Shown: positions 29,178 through 41,620, numbered from the stretch's first letter. The stretch: 64,000 nt of DNA from Candidatus Binatia bacterium (GCA_963422435.1 OY729511.1:244208-308207); one strand, 5' to 3'. The notes: generated by a model not told the origin, from the letters alone. Translations and numbers: made by a program.

Positions 29178-30833
29178 ATGGAAGCGCGGATGCAACTTGG
29201 GAATTATCTTGTCGCATATTTGCGCAAGATGGGTTTGACCCACCTGTTTGGGATTCCTGGTGATCTGGTCATTCAGCTTTTCATGAAATTCGGCCAGCCC
29301 CACGATATCCGAGTCATCACCTCTTCGCATGAGCCGGGTGCCGGCTTTGCCGTCGATGGATATGCGCGGGCCACCGGAAAAATCGGCGTCCTGTGTGTGA
29401 CCTACGGGGCCGGGGGGCATAACGTCGTGAATAGCGTTGCCGGCTCATATTCCGAACGGGTGCCGGTCCTGGTCATCAGCGGGGGGCCGGGCGAAGAAAA
29501 GCGGAAACTCGGGGTGTTAGTCCATCACCAAGCCAGAGAGATTGAATCCCAATTCCATATTTTTCAGGAGATTACCTGTGCCGCGAAAATCGTTGACGAT
29601 CCACGGACCGCGGCAACAGACATTGACGAGGTTGTCCAGAATATCTGGCGTCACCAGCAACCGGGCTATATCGAGATCCATCAGGATATGGTTGAGCAGG
29701 AGATTAGCGTTCCGCCGCGGATCAGAAATTGGGACGGCGGCTTTTCTCGAACCCGGTCCGATGCCCAAAAGGTTGAGGAAGCGGTCCGGGAGACAACTGC
29801 CCGTCTCAATCAGGCCCGCAAACCAGCCGTTATCATTGGTATTGAAACATTTCGGCATCATCTCACCACCGACATCATTACCCTGGTCGAAAAGATCGGA
29901 GGACCCTGCCTGACGACCGTTTTGGCCAAGGGCGCTTTCCCCATGGATCATTCCCAATATATGGGCGTTCATATTGGGGCCATCTCGCCGGCGCCCATCC
30001 GCAGACGGATTGAGGAGTCCGACCTGGTGCTCCACCTGGGTTCCCTCCTGACGGATATGAATCTGGGCTCACAGCCGCAATACATCGATCGTCACCACTC
30101 AATCTGGGCCGCGGAGAATAGGGTTCACGTCAGCTTTCATACCTATACCGATGTCACCATTGAAGATTACGTCCAGTCTTTGCTGCGGGCTCCGCTCAGG
30201 CTGCATCGGGAAGAGGTGGCCTATTATGACAATCTCGCTCCGCAGCCGCCCGGAGAGAATCGGACCATTCAGGTCTCGGATATGTTGTGGGAAGTCAATA
30301 CCTTCCTGGATGGACGCAAAGGCTATATGGTTGTGGCTGAAGCCGGCGACATGCTGTTCGCCGGGTTGGATATTAAAATCGGCCAAGGCGGCGGCTATCT
30401 CGCCCAGGGATACTATGCCTCGATGGGCTTCGGCGTCCCCGGCGCACTCGGTGCTCAACTCGGGACCGGCCAGCGGCCGCTTGTGTTGTGTGGAGACGGG
30501 GCCTTTCAAATGACAGGCTCAGAGATCTCGCACGCACCCCGCCACAAACTCAATCCCATTGTCCTGGTCATGAATAACGGCGGCTGGGGCATTTTTCGGC
30601 CGGTGTCCGAGCGGCAGGACTTGCTCACCCTCCCCCCGTGGCCCTATGCCACCCTGGCTAAAGAGTGGGGCGGCCAGGGGTTGCAGGCCACTACAGTCCA
30701 AGAGCTGCGCCAAGCCTTATTGGAAGCCGAGCAGACCTCGTCTTTTGTCATCATTGAGGTTATGGTGTCGCCGCGTGACTTATCGCCGGTCACGGAAAAG
30801 TATATCAAAGCCTCGGTTGGCAGGAGCCAATAA
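29178..30833 (+). CDS. TPP-dependent alpha-keto acid decarboxylase (indolepyruvate/phenylpyruvate type)
   Basis: FGIPGD, HEPGAGFAVDGYAR, VHH, GDGAFQMT...NN. Confidence 0.9.
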   Translation: MEARMQLGNYLVAYLRKMGLTHLFGIPGDLVIQLFMKFGQPHDIRVITSSHEPGAGFAVDGYARATGKIGVLCVTYGAGGHNVVNSVAGSYSERVPVLVISGGPGEEKRKLGVLVHHQAREIESQFHIFQEITCAAKIVDDPRTAATDIDEVVQNIWRHQQPGYIEIHQDMVEQEISVPPRIRNWDGGFSRTRSDAQKVEEAVRETTARLNQARKPAVIIGIETFRHHLTTDIITLVEKIGGPCLTTVLAKGAFPMDHSQYMGVHIGAISPAPIRRRIEESDLVLHLGSLLTDMNLGSQPQYIDRHHSIWAAENRVHVSFHTYTDVTIEDYVQSLLRAPLRLHREEVAYYDNLAPQPPGENRTIQVSDMLWEVNTFLDGRKGYMVVAEAGDMLFAGLDIKIGQGGGYLAQGYYASMGFGVPGALGAQLGTGQRPLVLCGDGAFQMTGSEISHAPRHKLNPIVLVMNNGGWGIFRPVSERQDLLTLPPWPYATLAKEWGGQGLQATTVQELRQALLEAEQTSSFVIIEVMVSPRDLSPVTEKYIKASVGRSQ

Positions 30834-30868
30834 AAAATCAAGCTGCACGGAAAGAGAGGAGAGAACAC

Positions 30869-31522
30869 GTGAAGATTGCCATTTTGGGAGGAACCGGAGA
30901 ACAAGGTCCTGGCCTGGCCCTGCGCTGGGCACTCGCGGGAGAAGAGGTCATTATCGGCTCACGCCAACAGGAAAAAGGAGAGCGCGTGGCGACCGAGCTC
31001 AACCAAGAACTCGGGAAGGACCTCCTGCGCGGCACAGATAATGTCACGGCCGCGGCAGAAGCTGACGTGGTGTTTATCACCGTGCCGTATTCAGCTCACG
31101 TCAAGACGATAGAGTCGGTGAAAGATCATCTCAAGGGGAAAATCTTTGTGGACGTGTCGGTTCCGCTCGACCCGGATAACGCCCGGCGGGTGAGCATGCC
31201 GGAAGCGGGCTCGGCAACAGAAGAGGCGAAACACATCCTGGGCGACGATGTCCAGGTCGTATGTGCGTTACAAAACATTTCCGCCCACCTCTTACGTGAT
31301 GTCAACACCCCAATTGATTGCGATGTACTGGTCTGTGGAGAGAAAGACGCCCGACCGACGGTGATTGAGCTGGTGCGGAAACTCGGCATTCACCCGGTTG
31401 ACGTCGGCCCACTGGCCGCCGCCAGTTTGATAGAGCCGATTACCGCCCTGCTCATTCGTTTGAATATCAGGAATAAAGTGCATTCCGCCGGGATTCGGAT
31501 CACCGGACTCTCCGAAAACTAG
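30869..31522 (+). CDS. npdG: NADPH-dependent F420 reductase
   Basis: ILGGTGEQGPGLALRWA, IGSR, ALQNISA, EPITALLIRLN...AGIRITG. Confidence 0.9.
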   Translation: MKIAILGGTGEQGPGLALRWALAGEEVIIGSRQQEKGERVATELNQELGKDLLRGTDNVTAAAEADVVFITVPYSAHVKTIESVKDHLKGKIFVDVSVPLDPDNARRVSMPEAGSATEEAKHILGDDVQVVCALQNISAHLLRDVNTPIDCDVLVCGEKDARPTVIELVRKLGIHPVDVGPLAAASLIEPITALLIRLNIRNKVHSAGIRITGLSEN

Positions 31523-31550
31523 ACCCGCCCGATTTCCCTACCACAGCAAT

Positions 31551-31582
31551 AAAAAAGGCCCTACTTGTGTAGGGCCTTTTTT
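31551..31582. terminator. Bidirectional intrinsic terminator
   Basis: aaaaaaggccctac-ttgt-gtagggcctttttt between the convergent npdG and groEL. Confidence 0.92.
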
Positions 31583-31606
31583 GATGAGGACTCGGTATAG
31601 GGGAGA

Positions 31607-33289
<1,683 letters not shown>

Positions 33290-33302
33290 CTAATATCCCG
33301 GA

Positions 33303-33593
33303 TTATCCTTCGACCACGCCGAGGATATCATCCTCGCGCATAATCAAGTGCTCTTCGCCGTCGATCTTGATCTCTGTCCCGGCGTATTTGCCAAAGAGCA
33401 CCTTGTCACCTTTCTTGACATCAAGTGGGGTGACCCGGCCATCTTCTCCGACCTTCCCGTTTCCGACGGCGGTCACCTTCCCCTCTTGGGGTTTTTCCTT
33501 TGCGGTATCCGGAATGATGATTCCACCTGCAGTCTTCTCTTCTTCCGCAATCCGCTTGACAATAATCCGATCCTGTAGAGGTCGAATTTTCAT
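33303..33593 (-). CDS. groES: Co-chaperonin GroES
   Basis: [21 protein letters not shown]. Confidence 0.99.
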   Translation of the reverse strand: MKIRPLQDRIIVKRIAEEEKTAGGIIIPDTAKEKPQEGKVTAVGNGKVGEDGRVTPLDVKKGDKVLFGKYAGTEIKIDGEEHLIMREDDILGVVEG

Positions 33594-33678
33594 ACCTCGT
33601 CTCCTTTCTCTCAGACGTGTTTCCTTAACTGTGAATCTTCTCTATGGGAGGGATTCCACCCCCGCTCGGGCTGGGGGG

Positions 33679-33706
33679 AAAATAATCACTCTTCTGGTGT
33701 TGTCAA
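33679..33706 (-). promoter_or_regulatory. Putative sigma70 promoter of groESL
   Basis: TTGACA-N16-TATTTT on the minus strand. Confidence 0.5.
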
Positions 33707-33716
33707 CCGTCAGCAC

Positions 33717-33986
33717 TCAGAATTTTCGCTTTCGGGACTCTTCTTCAAAATACCGACGATACAGGACATCCCATTCCGTACTTCCTTGGGCAACTTTTCT
33801 CGACAGGGAATGAATCTTTCGCCGCACCGCCGCATCGATTGCGTCTCCCTGCTGAAAGTAAGCGCTCAATATCCGTTTACTCTCGATCAATGCCCCTCTT
33901 TCATTGACAATCTTGCCTTCCGCGGAAATGGTCCGCAGAGCCGAACGAGCCAAGGCGGTAATGCGATTATCGGACAGATCACTCAT
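33717..33986 (-). CDS. DUF507 family protein
   Basis: IDAAVRRKIHSLSRKVAQGSTEWDVLYRRYFEEE. Confidence 0.8.
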   Translation of the reverse strand: MSDLSDNRITALARSALRTISAEGKIVNERGALIESKRILSAYFQQGDAIDAAVRRKIHSLSRKVAQGSTEWDVLYRRYFEEESRKRKF

Positions 33987-34258
33987 AGCGCAAAGTCTCG
34001 CTCTTCAGCCAGGCGTCGCTTAATGAGCTGGACGACCTTATAGCGATCAACCGTTGGCGTTTTCTGGATATGCGCTTCGGCTAACCGCTCGGCTTCCTTT
34101 TCAAGGGCGGCCTCTTGGCGGAAGTTCGCGAGTAACGCGCTCGCAACCTTATTCGCAATCGCAGCCCGTTGCCCACTCAGGCGGACCGCGCCCTTGGTGC
34201 ACAATGCCTCCACCAGAACCTGGCTCACATGGCGACAGAGTGCTTCTGGGTCTTGCAT
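33983..34258 (-). CDS. DUF507 family protein (start uncertain)
   Basis: EAALEKEAERL...IKRRLAEERDFAL; stop overlaps the paralogue's start. Confidence 0.7.
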   Translation of the reverse strand: MQDPEALCRHVSQVLVEALCTKGAVRLSGQRAAIANKVASALLANFRQEAALEKEAERLAEAHIQKTPTVDRYKVVQLIKRRLAEERDFAL

Positions 34259-34339
34259 GTTAGGGTAGCATAGCTGGTGCTGGCGCTGTTTGGCAACCCC
34301 GTCTTGACAAGAAAAACAAGGTTTGAGATGGGACCTTGA

Positions 34340-35560
34340 GTGACGCAGCAAAGACTTGCCTCAGGCCAATCTCCTTCAAATTTTCCCTCAGGCTATTGGG
34401 AACATATTGCCACATATCTCGAAGAAGGCTTGGCAATCGTCGATAATCAGCACAATATCGTATTCTTTAATGCCGCCGCGGAATCCCTCACCGGTGTCGC
34501 CCAAACACAAGTCCGAGGGATTTCGTATACCCAGGTTTTTGGCGAGAATCCCTGGATTGTGGCCCTCATCCGGAGGGCGCAGGAACCCGGCTATAGCTGG
34601 ACGGCAGGAGAGGGAGAGTTACGAGACCGCTTTCGCCACGTCGTGCCGGTCCGTGTCACCTGTTCTCCTATTTTCGACCAAGACGACGCTCCCCTGGGGT
34701 TTGTCCTGCTCTTACACGATCTGGGCCACCAGAAAGAACTGGAAGAGGAGAAACAGCGGGATGACCGACTGACCTCCCTTGGCATGGTGGCTGCCGGACT
34801 TGCGCACGAAATCAAAAATCCCCTGGCGGGCATCCGAGGCGCGGCTCAACTCCTCCAGTCTCGGGTCAAGACCGACCAGTCTGCGGTCAAATACACGACC
34901 ATCATGGTGGACGAGATTGACCGCCTCAGCGCGCTTCTTGAGCAGTTGCTTGAGCTATCGGCGTATCCCCACTTTGATCCGCAGCCGGTCAACATCCATA
35001 AAACGATCACCGATGTTCTGCTGCTCGAACAAGAAGCGGCCTCCAAAGGAACAACCGTCCAGACCCATTTTGACCCGAGTTTGCCGCTCGTGTTCGGTGA
35101 TGAAGCGCGCCTCGCCCAAGTCTTTCGCAACCTGATCAAAAACAGTTTACAGGCCCTCCGCAGGCAACGTGGTGGAGTCCTCAGCATTGCAACAAAAATG
35201 GCGACAGACTTTCATCTGGTGCGTCTGCCTCTTGACCGGACTGTCCCTCTTCAGCCAGGGAGCATTGCTACTCCTACTCAAACGCAGCCCCCAGACGCTC
35301 CAGAAAGACAACCTCTCTACGACAAATACGCCGGCGGTCGTTTTCTGTGCGTTATTTTCGCTGACAACGGGCCAGGGATTCCCCCAGATCATCTCCCCCA
35401 TCTGTTCACCCCGTTTTTTACCACCAAGAGCCAGGGCACGGGCTTGGGCTTACCTGTCAGCCAACAGATTATTGCTCAACACGGGGGGACCATTCGGGTA
35501 GAAAGCAGCCCTGGGCAAGGGGCGGGCTTCCAGGTGTATTTACCCGTCCCACCAGGATAG
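34340..35560 (+). CDS. PAS-domain sensor histidine kinase, NtrB-like
   Basis: AGLAHEIKNPLAGIRGAAQLL, NLIKN, DNGPGI, FTPFFTTK, GTGLGL. Confidence 0.92.
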   Translation: MTQQRLASGQSPSNFPSGYWEHIATYLEEGLAIVDNQHNIVFFNAAAESLTGVAQTQVRGISYTQVFGENPWIVALIRRAQEPGYSWTAGEGELRDRFRHVVPVRVTCSPIFDQDDAPLGFVLLLHDLGHQKELEEEKQRDDRLTSLGMVAAGLAHEIKNPLAGIRGAAQLLQSRVKTDQSAVKYTTIMVDEIDRLSALLEQLLELSAYPHFDPQPVNIHKTITDVLLLEQEAASKGTTVQTHFDPSLPLVFGDEARLAQVFRNLIKNSLQALRRQRGGVLSIATKMATDFHLVRLPLDRTVPLQPGSIATPTQTQPPDAPERQPLYDKYAGGRFLCVIFADNGPGIPPDHLPHLFTPFFTTKSQGTGLGLPVSQQIIAQHGGTIRVESSPGQGAGFQVYLPVPPG

Positions 35561-35566
35561 GATGCT

Positions 35567-36994
35567 GTGGTGAACGGAACGATTCTCATTGCCGATGATG
35601 AATATCTCATCCGCCAGGTTCTGCGTGATGCGCTCACCGAGCACGGCTATCACGTCGAAGCAGTCGCGACCGGCTCTCAAGCCTGGGCGGCCTTGCAAGA
35701 ACAGGCGTTCGATCTGGCCTTTGTCGATATTCGCATGCCGGGACTCAACGGTTTAGATCTCTTACAGAAGACGCAAGCCGCTCAGATCGATCTCCCGATC
35801 ATCATTATGACCGGTCAGACCACGCTGACCAATGCGATTGAGGCGATGAAGCATGGGGCCTTTGACTATTTGCCAAAACCGTTCGACCTCGATGACGTTC
35901 ACGCTCTGGTCTCCCACGTCATAGAAGCCAAACGGCTCACGGCCAATACCGAACGTCCACTGCCGGCCATCCAAGGCCGCGATGAGCAGATCATCGGCAG
36001 TGGCGCGGCCATGCAGCAGGTGTACAAAACCATCGGACGTATCGTCCGCAGTGATGCAACCGTACTCCTTCAGGGCGAAAGTGGCACGGGCAAAGAGCTG
36101 GTGGCAAAAGTGATTCATCACTACTCAGCCCGCTGGCGAGCGCCCTTTATCGGGGTGAACTGTTCAGCCATTCCGCTCGATTTACTCGAAAGCGAGCTAT
36201 TCGGCCACGAACGTGGGGCATTCACAGGGGCGGTTGAGCGGCATGCCGGGAAGTTTGAACAGGCTGCTGGCGGAACGCTTTTTCTGGATGAAATAGGCGA
36301 CATGCCCCCATCGCTTCAGGCAAAACTGCTCCGTGTCCTCCAGGAGCGTGAGTTCACCCGGGTCGGCGGAAGCCAGACACTCCAAGCGGATGTTCGCATC
36401 ATCGCGGCCACGAATCAGGACCTGGCAACCGCAGTCAAAGAAAAACGTTTTCGGGAAGATTTGTATTTTCGTCTTCGCGTTGTGCCGATCACCCTGCCCC
36501 CACTGCGCCAACGGCGCGAAGATATTCCTGAGCTTACCGCCCATTTTCTCGATAAGATTACGCAGGAGGTGGGGACCGCGGCAACAGGGATTACCCCCGA
36601 GGCACAAGCCCTGCTCACCACGTATTCCTGGCCGGGGAATGTGCGAGAGTTGGAAAACACCCTCCTCCGAGCTGCCGTCCTCAGCCCGAGTCCGTTACTG
36701 ACGGCAGCAGATTTCTCGCTCCCACAGGCGAGAACTCCGCTGCCGGTCGATCTCGCAGAACTCTCATTCGAGGAGGTCGTTCAGCGTCAACTCACGGCCT
36801 ATCTTCAGCAGCCCGACCTGCTCGAGACCGGGGACCTGCATGCGGTCGTTATCAGCCAGGTTGAAAAGCCTCTGATTGAACTCGTCCTGCACCATACTCG
36901 CGGTAATCAACTCAAGGCCGCGGAGATTCTGGGGATTAATCGCAATACCTTACGCAAGAAAATGACGGACCTCAAAATAGCCGTCAAAAAATGA
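35567..36994 (+). CDS. Sigma-54 response regulator, NtrC-like
   Basis: Receiver domain, [14 protein letters not shown], Fis-type HTH ([10 protein letters not shown]). Confidence 0.95.
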   Translation: MVNGTILIADDEYLIRQVLRDALTEHGYHVEAVATGSQAWAALQEQAFDLAFVDIRMPGLNGLDLLQKTQAAQIDLPIIIMTGQTTLTNAIEAMKHGAFDYLPKPFDLDDVHALVSHVIEAKRLTANTERPLPAIQGRDEQIIGSGAAMQQVYKTIGRIVRSDATVLLQGESGTGKELVAKVIHHYSARWRAPFIGVNCSAIPLDLLESELFGHERGAFTGAVERHAGKFEQAAGGTLFLDEIGDMPPSLQAKLLRVLQEREFTRVGGSQTLQADVRIIAATNQDLATAVKEKRFREDLYFRLRVVPITLPPLRQRREDIPELTAHFLDKITQEVGTAATGITPEAQALLTTYSWPGNVRELENTLLRAAVLSPSPLLTAADFSLPQARTPLPVDLAELSFEEVVQRQLTAYLQQPDLLETGDLHAVVISQVEKPLIELVLHHTRGNQLKAAEILGINRNTLRKKMTDLKIAVKK

Positions 36995-37006
36995 GCGGCC
37001 CCTCAC

Positions 37007-37645
37007 ATGCCCTTCTCTTTTCCCAGTCCGTTCTACGCCATGGCTGACACATTAAATCGGCCCGACCTGTCATTCCAGGGATTGATCCACCAGCTGTGCG
37101 CCGGAGGCGTACAGCTCCTCCAGTTACGCGTCAAACAGCAGCCGACGCGAGATTTTGTCTCGCTTGCCACAGTAGTCCAACGCATTTGCCACGCCTCTCA
37201 GTGTACGCTCATCATCAATGATCGGGTGGATGTTGCCCTGGCAGTTGAGGCTGACGGCGTCCATCTCGGTCAGGAGGACCTGCCACTGACCGCGGCACGC
37301 AAGATCGTTGGAGGCGAGAAGATTATCGGCGTTTCAACCCACACCGCTCAGCAAGCCCTGACCGCAGAGCAGGAGGGCGCTGACTATATTGGATTTGGGC
37401 CGCTATTCGGCACAACGACCAAGGCGACCGGCTACACCGCCCGCGGCCTTGAGCAGTTGCAAGAGGTACGTCAACAGGTCCATATTCCTATTGTGGCGAT
37501 TGGCGGGATTACCGCCGAACGGGCGCCGGCGGTACTCCAGGCTGGCGCAGATGCGGTCGCCCTGATTAGCGATATTGTTCTCGCCCCTGATATCCAACAT
37601 CGGGTCAAGGCCCTGCTTGGGCAGCTCGACCGCCTCGAACGTTGA
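37007..37645 (+). CDS. thiE: Thiamine-phosphate synthase
   Basis: QLRVK, INDRVDVA, GVHLGQED, GVSTH, TTTK, AIGGI. Confidence 0.96.
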   Translation: MPFSFPSPFYAMADTLNRPDLSFQGLIHQLCAGGVQLLQLRVKQQPTRDFVSLATVVQRICHASQCTLIINDRVDVALAVEADGVHLGQEDLPLTAARKIVGGEKIIGVSTHTAQQALTAEQEGADYIGFGPLFGTTTKATGYTARGLEQLQEVRQQVHIPIVAIGGITAERAPAVLQAGADAVALISDIVLAPDIQHRVKALLGQLDRLER

Positions 37646-37700
37646 AAGAAAAAATGGGCGGGCAGAGTATGGCTCGCGCTCCTGACACTCCAGAAGCGTG

Positions 37701-39074
37701 TCACCCCTCTTCCACCAGTTCTTCTTCGGGTTCGGCAAAGGTGTCGACCAGGCTGTCAAACCGGGTGCACTCGCTCCGCCAGGCCAGGCGGACCGTGCCG
37801 ATTGGGCCGTTGCGTTGCTTGCCGATAATGATTTCCGCGGTCCCCTCTTCTTCCGACTCCGGGTGATACACCTCGTCCCGGTAAATGAACATGATGACAT
37901 CGGCATCCTGTTCTATGCTTCCGCTCTCGCGGATGTCGGACATCACGGGCCGTTTGTCCCCACGAAGTTCGACCTGGCGGTTGAGCTGGGAGAGGGCCAC
38001 CACCGGGATGTTCAGTTCTTTGGCCAAGGCCTTCAAACTGCGGGATATCTCGGCCAGCTCCTGGGTCCGATTCTCCTGCGCGGTCAGACCGCGCATCAAC
38101 TGGAGATAATCAATGATAATCAGGCCGAGGTTGGCATCGCGTTTTAACCGCCGCGTTTTGGCCCGGAGTTCCAGGACGTTCTGGCCGGGCGTGTCGTCAA
38201 TATAAATCGGCGCTTCGGCCAAGCGTCCTGCGGCCATAGCCAGGCGGGGAAAGTCCCGTTCGGCCAAATATCCGGCGCGGACTTTGGCATTGTCCACCCG
38301 TGCCTCCGTACACAGCATCCGCATGACCAGTTGTTCTTTCGACATTTCGAGCGAGAAAATACCGACCGCGGTTTGGGTCTGCATGGCTACATACTGAGCG
38401 ATATTCAACACAAAGGCGGTTTTGCCCATACTGGGCCGAGCCGCGATAATCACGAGGTCGGACGGCTGGAGCCCGGCCGTTTTTTGATCGAGATCGAGAA
38501 ACCCGGTCGGCACGCCGGTCACCAGTTCCTTGCGTTCGTACAACTGCTCAATGGTCTTGATCGTGTCCATAATCATATCGCCGACCTTGGAGAAGGCCGG
38601 GCGAATGCGCTGCTCGGACACGTCAAAAATCAAGCGCTCGGCTTCATCAAGGAAGTGCTCAATATCCTCCTGGCCGGTAAAGGCCCGCTCAAGGATATTG
38701 CCGGACACGGTAATCAAACTGCGCAGCACTGCCTTTTCCCGTACGATCCGCGCATAGTAGGCAATGTTGGCCGCACTCGGCACCTTATCACTCAGTTCGG
38801 CGAGATAGGTCGCGCCGCCAATCGCCTGCAAGGCGTCCCGGGTTTTGAGGGCGTCGGTTAAGGTAATCAGGTCAATCGGTTCACCCCGCTCGGTCAGGGC
38901 GAGCATGGTCAGAAAGATGGTCCGATTGGTCTCGCGATAGAAGTCATCCGGCCCCATGACCTCGATCACCCGGTCCAAGGCATGGGCATCCAACAGAATG
39001 CTGCCCAGGACAGACTCTTCCGCCTCCAGGCTCTGCGGCGGCACTTTGCGTAAGGCACCTTCAAGCGTTGACAC
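37701..39074 (-). CDS. dnaB: Replicative DNA helicase
   Basis: PPQSLEAEESVLG, AARPSMGKT, DYLQL, RESGSIEQDAD, KQRNGP; GTG start after an AAGGA. Confidence 0.98.
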   Translation of the reverse strand: MSTLEGALRKVPPQSLEAEESVLGSILLDAHALDRVIEVMGPDDFYRETNRTIFLTMLALTERGEPIDLITLTDALKTRDALQAIGGATYLAELSDKVPSAANIAYYARIVREKAVLRSLITVSGNILERAFTGQEDIEHFLDEAERLIFDVSEQRIRPAFSKVGDMIMDTIKTIEQLYERKELVTGVPTGFLDLDQKTAGLQPSDLVIIAARPSMGKTAFVLNIAQYVAMQTQTAVGIFSLEMSKEQLVMRMLCTEARVDNAKVRAGYLAERDFPRLAMAAGRLAEAPIYIDDTPGQNVLELRAKTRRLKRDANLGLIIIDYLQLMRGLTAQENRTQELAEISRSLKALAKELNIPVVALSQLNRQVELRGDKRPVMSDIRESGSIEQDADVIMFIYRDEVYHPESEEEGTAEIIIGKQRNGPIGTVRLAWRSECTRFDSLVDTFAEPEEELVEEG

Positions 39075-39139
39075 AGCCCTCTGTCCTTCCTTCTTTCTGC
39101 GGACGGCACCCACAGGGCGGGTGGGTACACAGAAACTGC

Positions 39140-39967
39140 TTACTCGTCCAGCGTGTCCCGCACAAAAGCAAAGAGACGAGACAGTTCGGTTAAACCATGA
39201 GCGATACGTGGCCCATACCAGCACAGCGCCATGCCATCCACACAGTAGAAGTGACCGCCGCGGCCGGCTGCGGTCTCCTGGAGTGGCGCGAGATGGACGA
39301 AGTGCTTTTCCGCAAAGGGATAGGGCTCACTCGGGAGCAGAACGAGGTGGGGGTCCGCGGCAACCACTTCGTCAAGGGAGAGAGAAAAATATCGCTCGTC
39401 CTTTGCGCGAAAGATATTCTCTCCACCACACCGCCACAGCATATCGTCGCTATACGTCTCGTGATTAAAGGACATCCAAGGCTTACGCCAGATAGGACAG
39501 AATACGCGGAGCCGTCCACCCGCTTTGAGCCCGACCGTGCTCTCCTCGTATTGCTGCCAGAGTGCTAGCGCCAGTGTCCGGGCCTGCGCCTGACAGCCGA
39601 TGAGCGGACCGAGCTGCTCCACCATTCGTATCCCCTCTGCTACCGTGCGCGGAGCGGTGACATACAGCGGCAACCCCCGTTTTTCCAGCGCGCCGAAGTC
39701 CTCCTGCCGATTCTCCTCATCGTTGACAATAACGAGGTCGGGCTTCAGGCGCTCAATTGTGTCAAGGTCAGGGGTTTTGGTACCACCGACGCGCGCCACA
39801 CCTGTCACCCCATTGGGCGGATGGGTACAATAGGCCGTCACGCCGACAACACGCTCACCCGCCCCAAGCGCAAACACCGTCTCGGTAATACTTGGGACGA
39901 GCGAAATAATGCGCTGCGGTACCTGCGGGAGCGCAACAGAACGTTTGTAAGCGTCCAGAAATTCCAT
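39140..39967 (-). CDS. Helical-backbone metal/cobalamin-binding protein (BtuF/TroA-like)
   Basis: RIISLVPSITE, VGGTKTP, PSEPYPF, WYGPR. Confidence 0.85.
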   Translation of the reverse strand: MEFLDAYKRSVALPQVPQRIISLVPSITETVFALGAGERVVGVTAYCTHPPNGVTGVARVGGTKTPDLDTIERLKPDLVIVNDEENRQEDFGALEKRGLPLYVTAPRTVAEGIRMVEQLGPLIGCQAQARTLALALWQQYEESTVGLKAGGRLRVFCPIWRKPWMSFNHETYSDDMLWRCGGENIFRAKDERYFSLSLDEVVAADPHLVLLPSEPYPFAEKHFVHLAPLQETAAGRGGHFYCVDGMALCWYGPRIAHGLTELSRLFAFVRDTLDE

Positions 39968-39976
39968 GGGTTCGGC

Positions 39977-40300
39977 TCAGGGTTTGTCCTTCGCCTGTTG
40001 CAGAATGGCTTCTAATTTTTGGCGTTCCTCTTGGGTAACTTCTTCGACAGTGTCGGCGGGGCTCTCTTCAGAGGCCGGCTGAGCAAGGACCTGGCTGTGG
40101 ACTGTTGTCTTCTCTTCCTCAGGACCGAACAGGCCAATTCGACGTAGTTCTTCTTCCATCATAAAAATCGCCCCAATAAACAGCGCCAACCCCACACACG
40201 CCATAAGGAGCAGGAGTTTCGGGATCCACAGCCAGCGTCTTTTTTTACGCGTTGTTTTACGCCTTGATGCTGCCGGTCGAGTCTTTTTCTGCCGGGCCAC
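39977..40300 (-). CDS. Hypothetical single-pass membrane protein
   Basis: Basic N-terminus, one hydrophobic helix, acidic tail. Confidence 0.7.
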   Translation of the reverse strand: MARQKKTRPAASRRKTTRKKRRWLWIPKLLLLMACVGLALFIGAIFMMEEELRRIGLFGPEEEKTTVHSQVLAQPASEESPADTVEEVTQEERQKLEAILQQAKDKP

Positions 40301-40312
40301 GCTCTTGCCTCC

Positions 40313-41512
40313 TTAGGGCTGCTGCGGATATCGGTTGATGACCGCTCGGACGGCCTCCCATCCGCTCCGCTGATGCCAGCCCTCCGCTCCATTATACCAT
40401 TTCAGGCCAATAGATTGGAAACGTGTATGCCGAGCCGCAAGCGTGAACCACAAGCGTGCGGTCCGACCATAGAACAGCTTGGTGGCAAAGGACAGCCGGG
40501 CCAGCTTCTTACCGAGCCAGGACTGGGCGAGCGTCCGGGTATAGGCATCAAACGAGCAATCCTTAGTCCGCAGCGCCTCGCGGATGGCCCGCGCAGCAAA
40601 GGATCCGTATTCAAACGCAAAGGAAATACCCTCCCCCATAAGCGGCTCAGCTCCTGCTGCATCGCCGACGAGCACAACATGGGGGGCAGCAAGTGGTCGT
40701 TCGGGGGCATAACCGTAAATGGGAAAAGCCCGTAGCCGTCGGGTTTGCCCGGCTGCCGTCGCTCTACTGAGAGCGTCGATTTCTGCGCTGAGACAATCCT
40801 GGAGGGCCGCGTTTGAGAAAGAACTGACGCCCAATGAATAAATACCGAGGTTCACATGCGCAACCTGATCAATCAGACAGGGGAAGGCCCATAGGTAGCC
40901 CCGTAACCCAGCCTGGACGGGCAGGAAATTAAAGTCGTAGCGCTGCTCGACGAAGCCGTCCCAGTCTGTTTCTGAGACCGGAACATCGGTCATCATGGCC
41001 TTGCCGACTGGCTGGCGAGTCGGCCCGATCAATTGTCGTCGCACCCGGCTCCCGGACCCGTCCGCCCCGACCACGATCCGAGCGCGATACGTCGTCTTTT
41101 CGGTCACCACCCGAATGCCGCCCGGCTCTCGAACCAACTGGATGACCTTTTCCCCCTGCCGGATTTCCGCCCCGCGTTCCTCAGCGATCCGCACGAGCAA
41201 AAAATCAAACTCGTTCCGTCGAATGATGGAACACATCCCCCCTTCCTCGCAGACGACCTCGTGTCCGGGTAAGGCCTGGACACGAGCCCGGTTGACCTGG
41301 ACGTGCGGAACGGTCAAAGGAATCTCCAAGGCGTTGAGACAATCAAGGGTATGGGGGATGAGCCCGCCGGCACAGATCTTCTCCCGGGGATGAACGGCTT
41401 TGTCGAGCAGGAGAATATTGCAAGCGAGCGCAGGGTCAGCCCGCAACAGATTGAGCGCGGTTGCGGTCCCGGCCGGACCAGAACCAATAATAATGATGTC
41501 AAAGCACTCCAC
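40313..41512 (-). CDS. FAD-dependent oxidoreductase, geranylgeranyl reductase family
   Basis: IIGSGPAG, PREKICAGG, GADGSGS, GDAAG...GEGI. Confidence 0.9.
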   Translation of the reverse strand: MECFDIIIIGSGPAGTATALNLLRADPALACNILLLDKAVHPREKICAGGLIPHTLDCLNALEIPLTVPHVQVNRARVQALPGHEVVCEEGGMCSIIRRNEFDFLLVRIAEERGAEIRQGEKVIQLVREPGGIRVVTEKTTYRARIVVGADGSGSRVRRQLIGPTRQPVGKAMMTDVPVSETDWDGFVEQRYDFNFLPVQAGLRGYLWAFPCLIDQVAHVNLGIYSLGVSSFSNAALQDCLSAEIDALSRATAAGQTRRLRAFPIYGYAPERPLAAPHVVLVGDAAGAEPLMGEGISFAFEYGSFAARAIREALRTKDCSFDAYTRTLAQSWLGKKLARLSFATKLFYGRTARLWFTLAARHTRFQSIGLKWYNGAEGWHQRSGWEAVRAVINRYPQQP

Positions 41513-41620
41513 AGCAGGGGGAGCCGTCTGAAAGCAGATGGTTAGCCGTCAATCATGGGAACTTCTTCGGTCACGAACCAGACGAGGTTGGGGTGGTCTG
41601 TGAACTTCAGTTTCACCCGC

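Noticed and set aside
33710-33736. CIRCE operator upstream of groES
   Set aside because: Only one half-site-like sequence (tcagcactc); no matching inverted half at N9.
37701-39074. Intein in DnaB
   Set aside because: Normal length with contiguous motifs.
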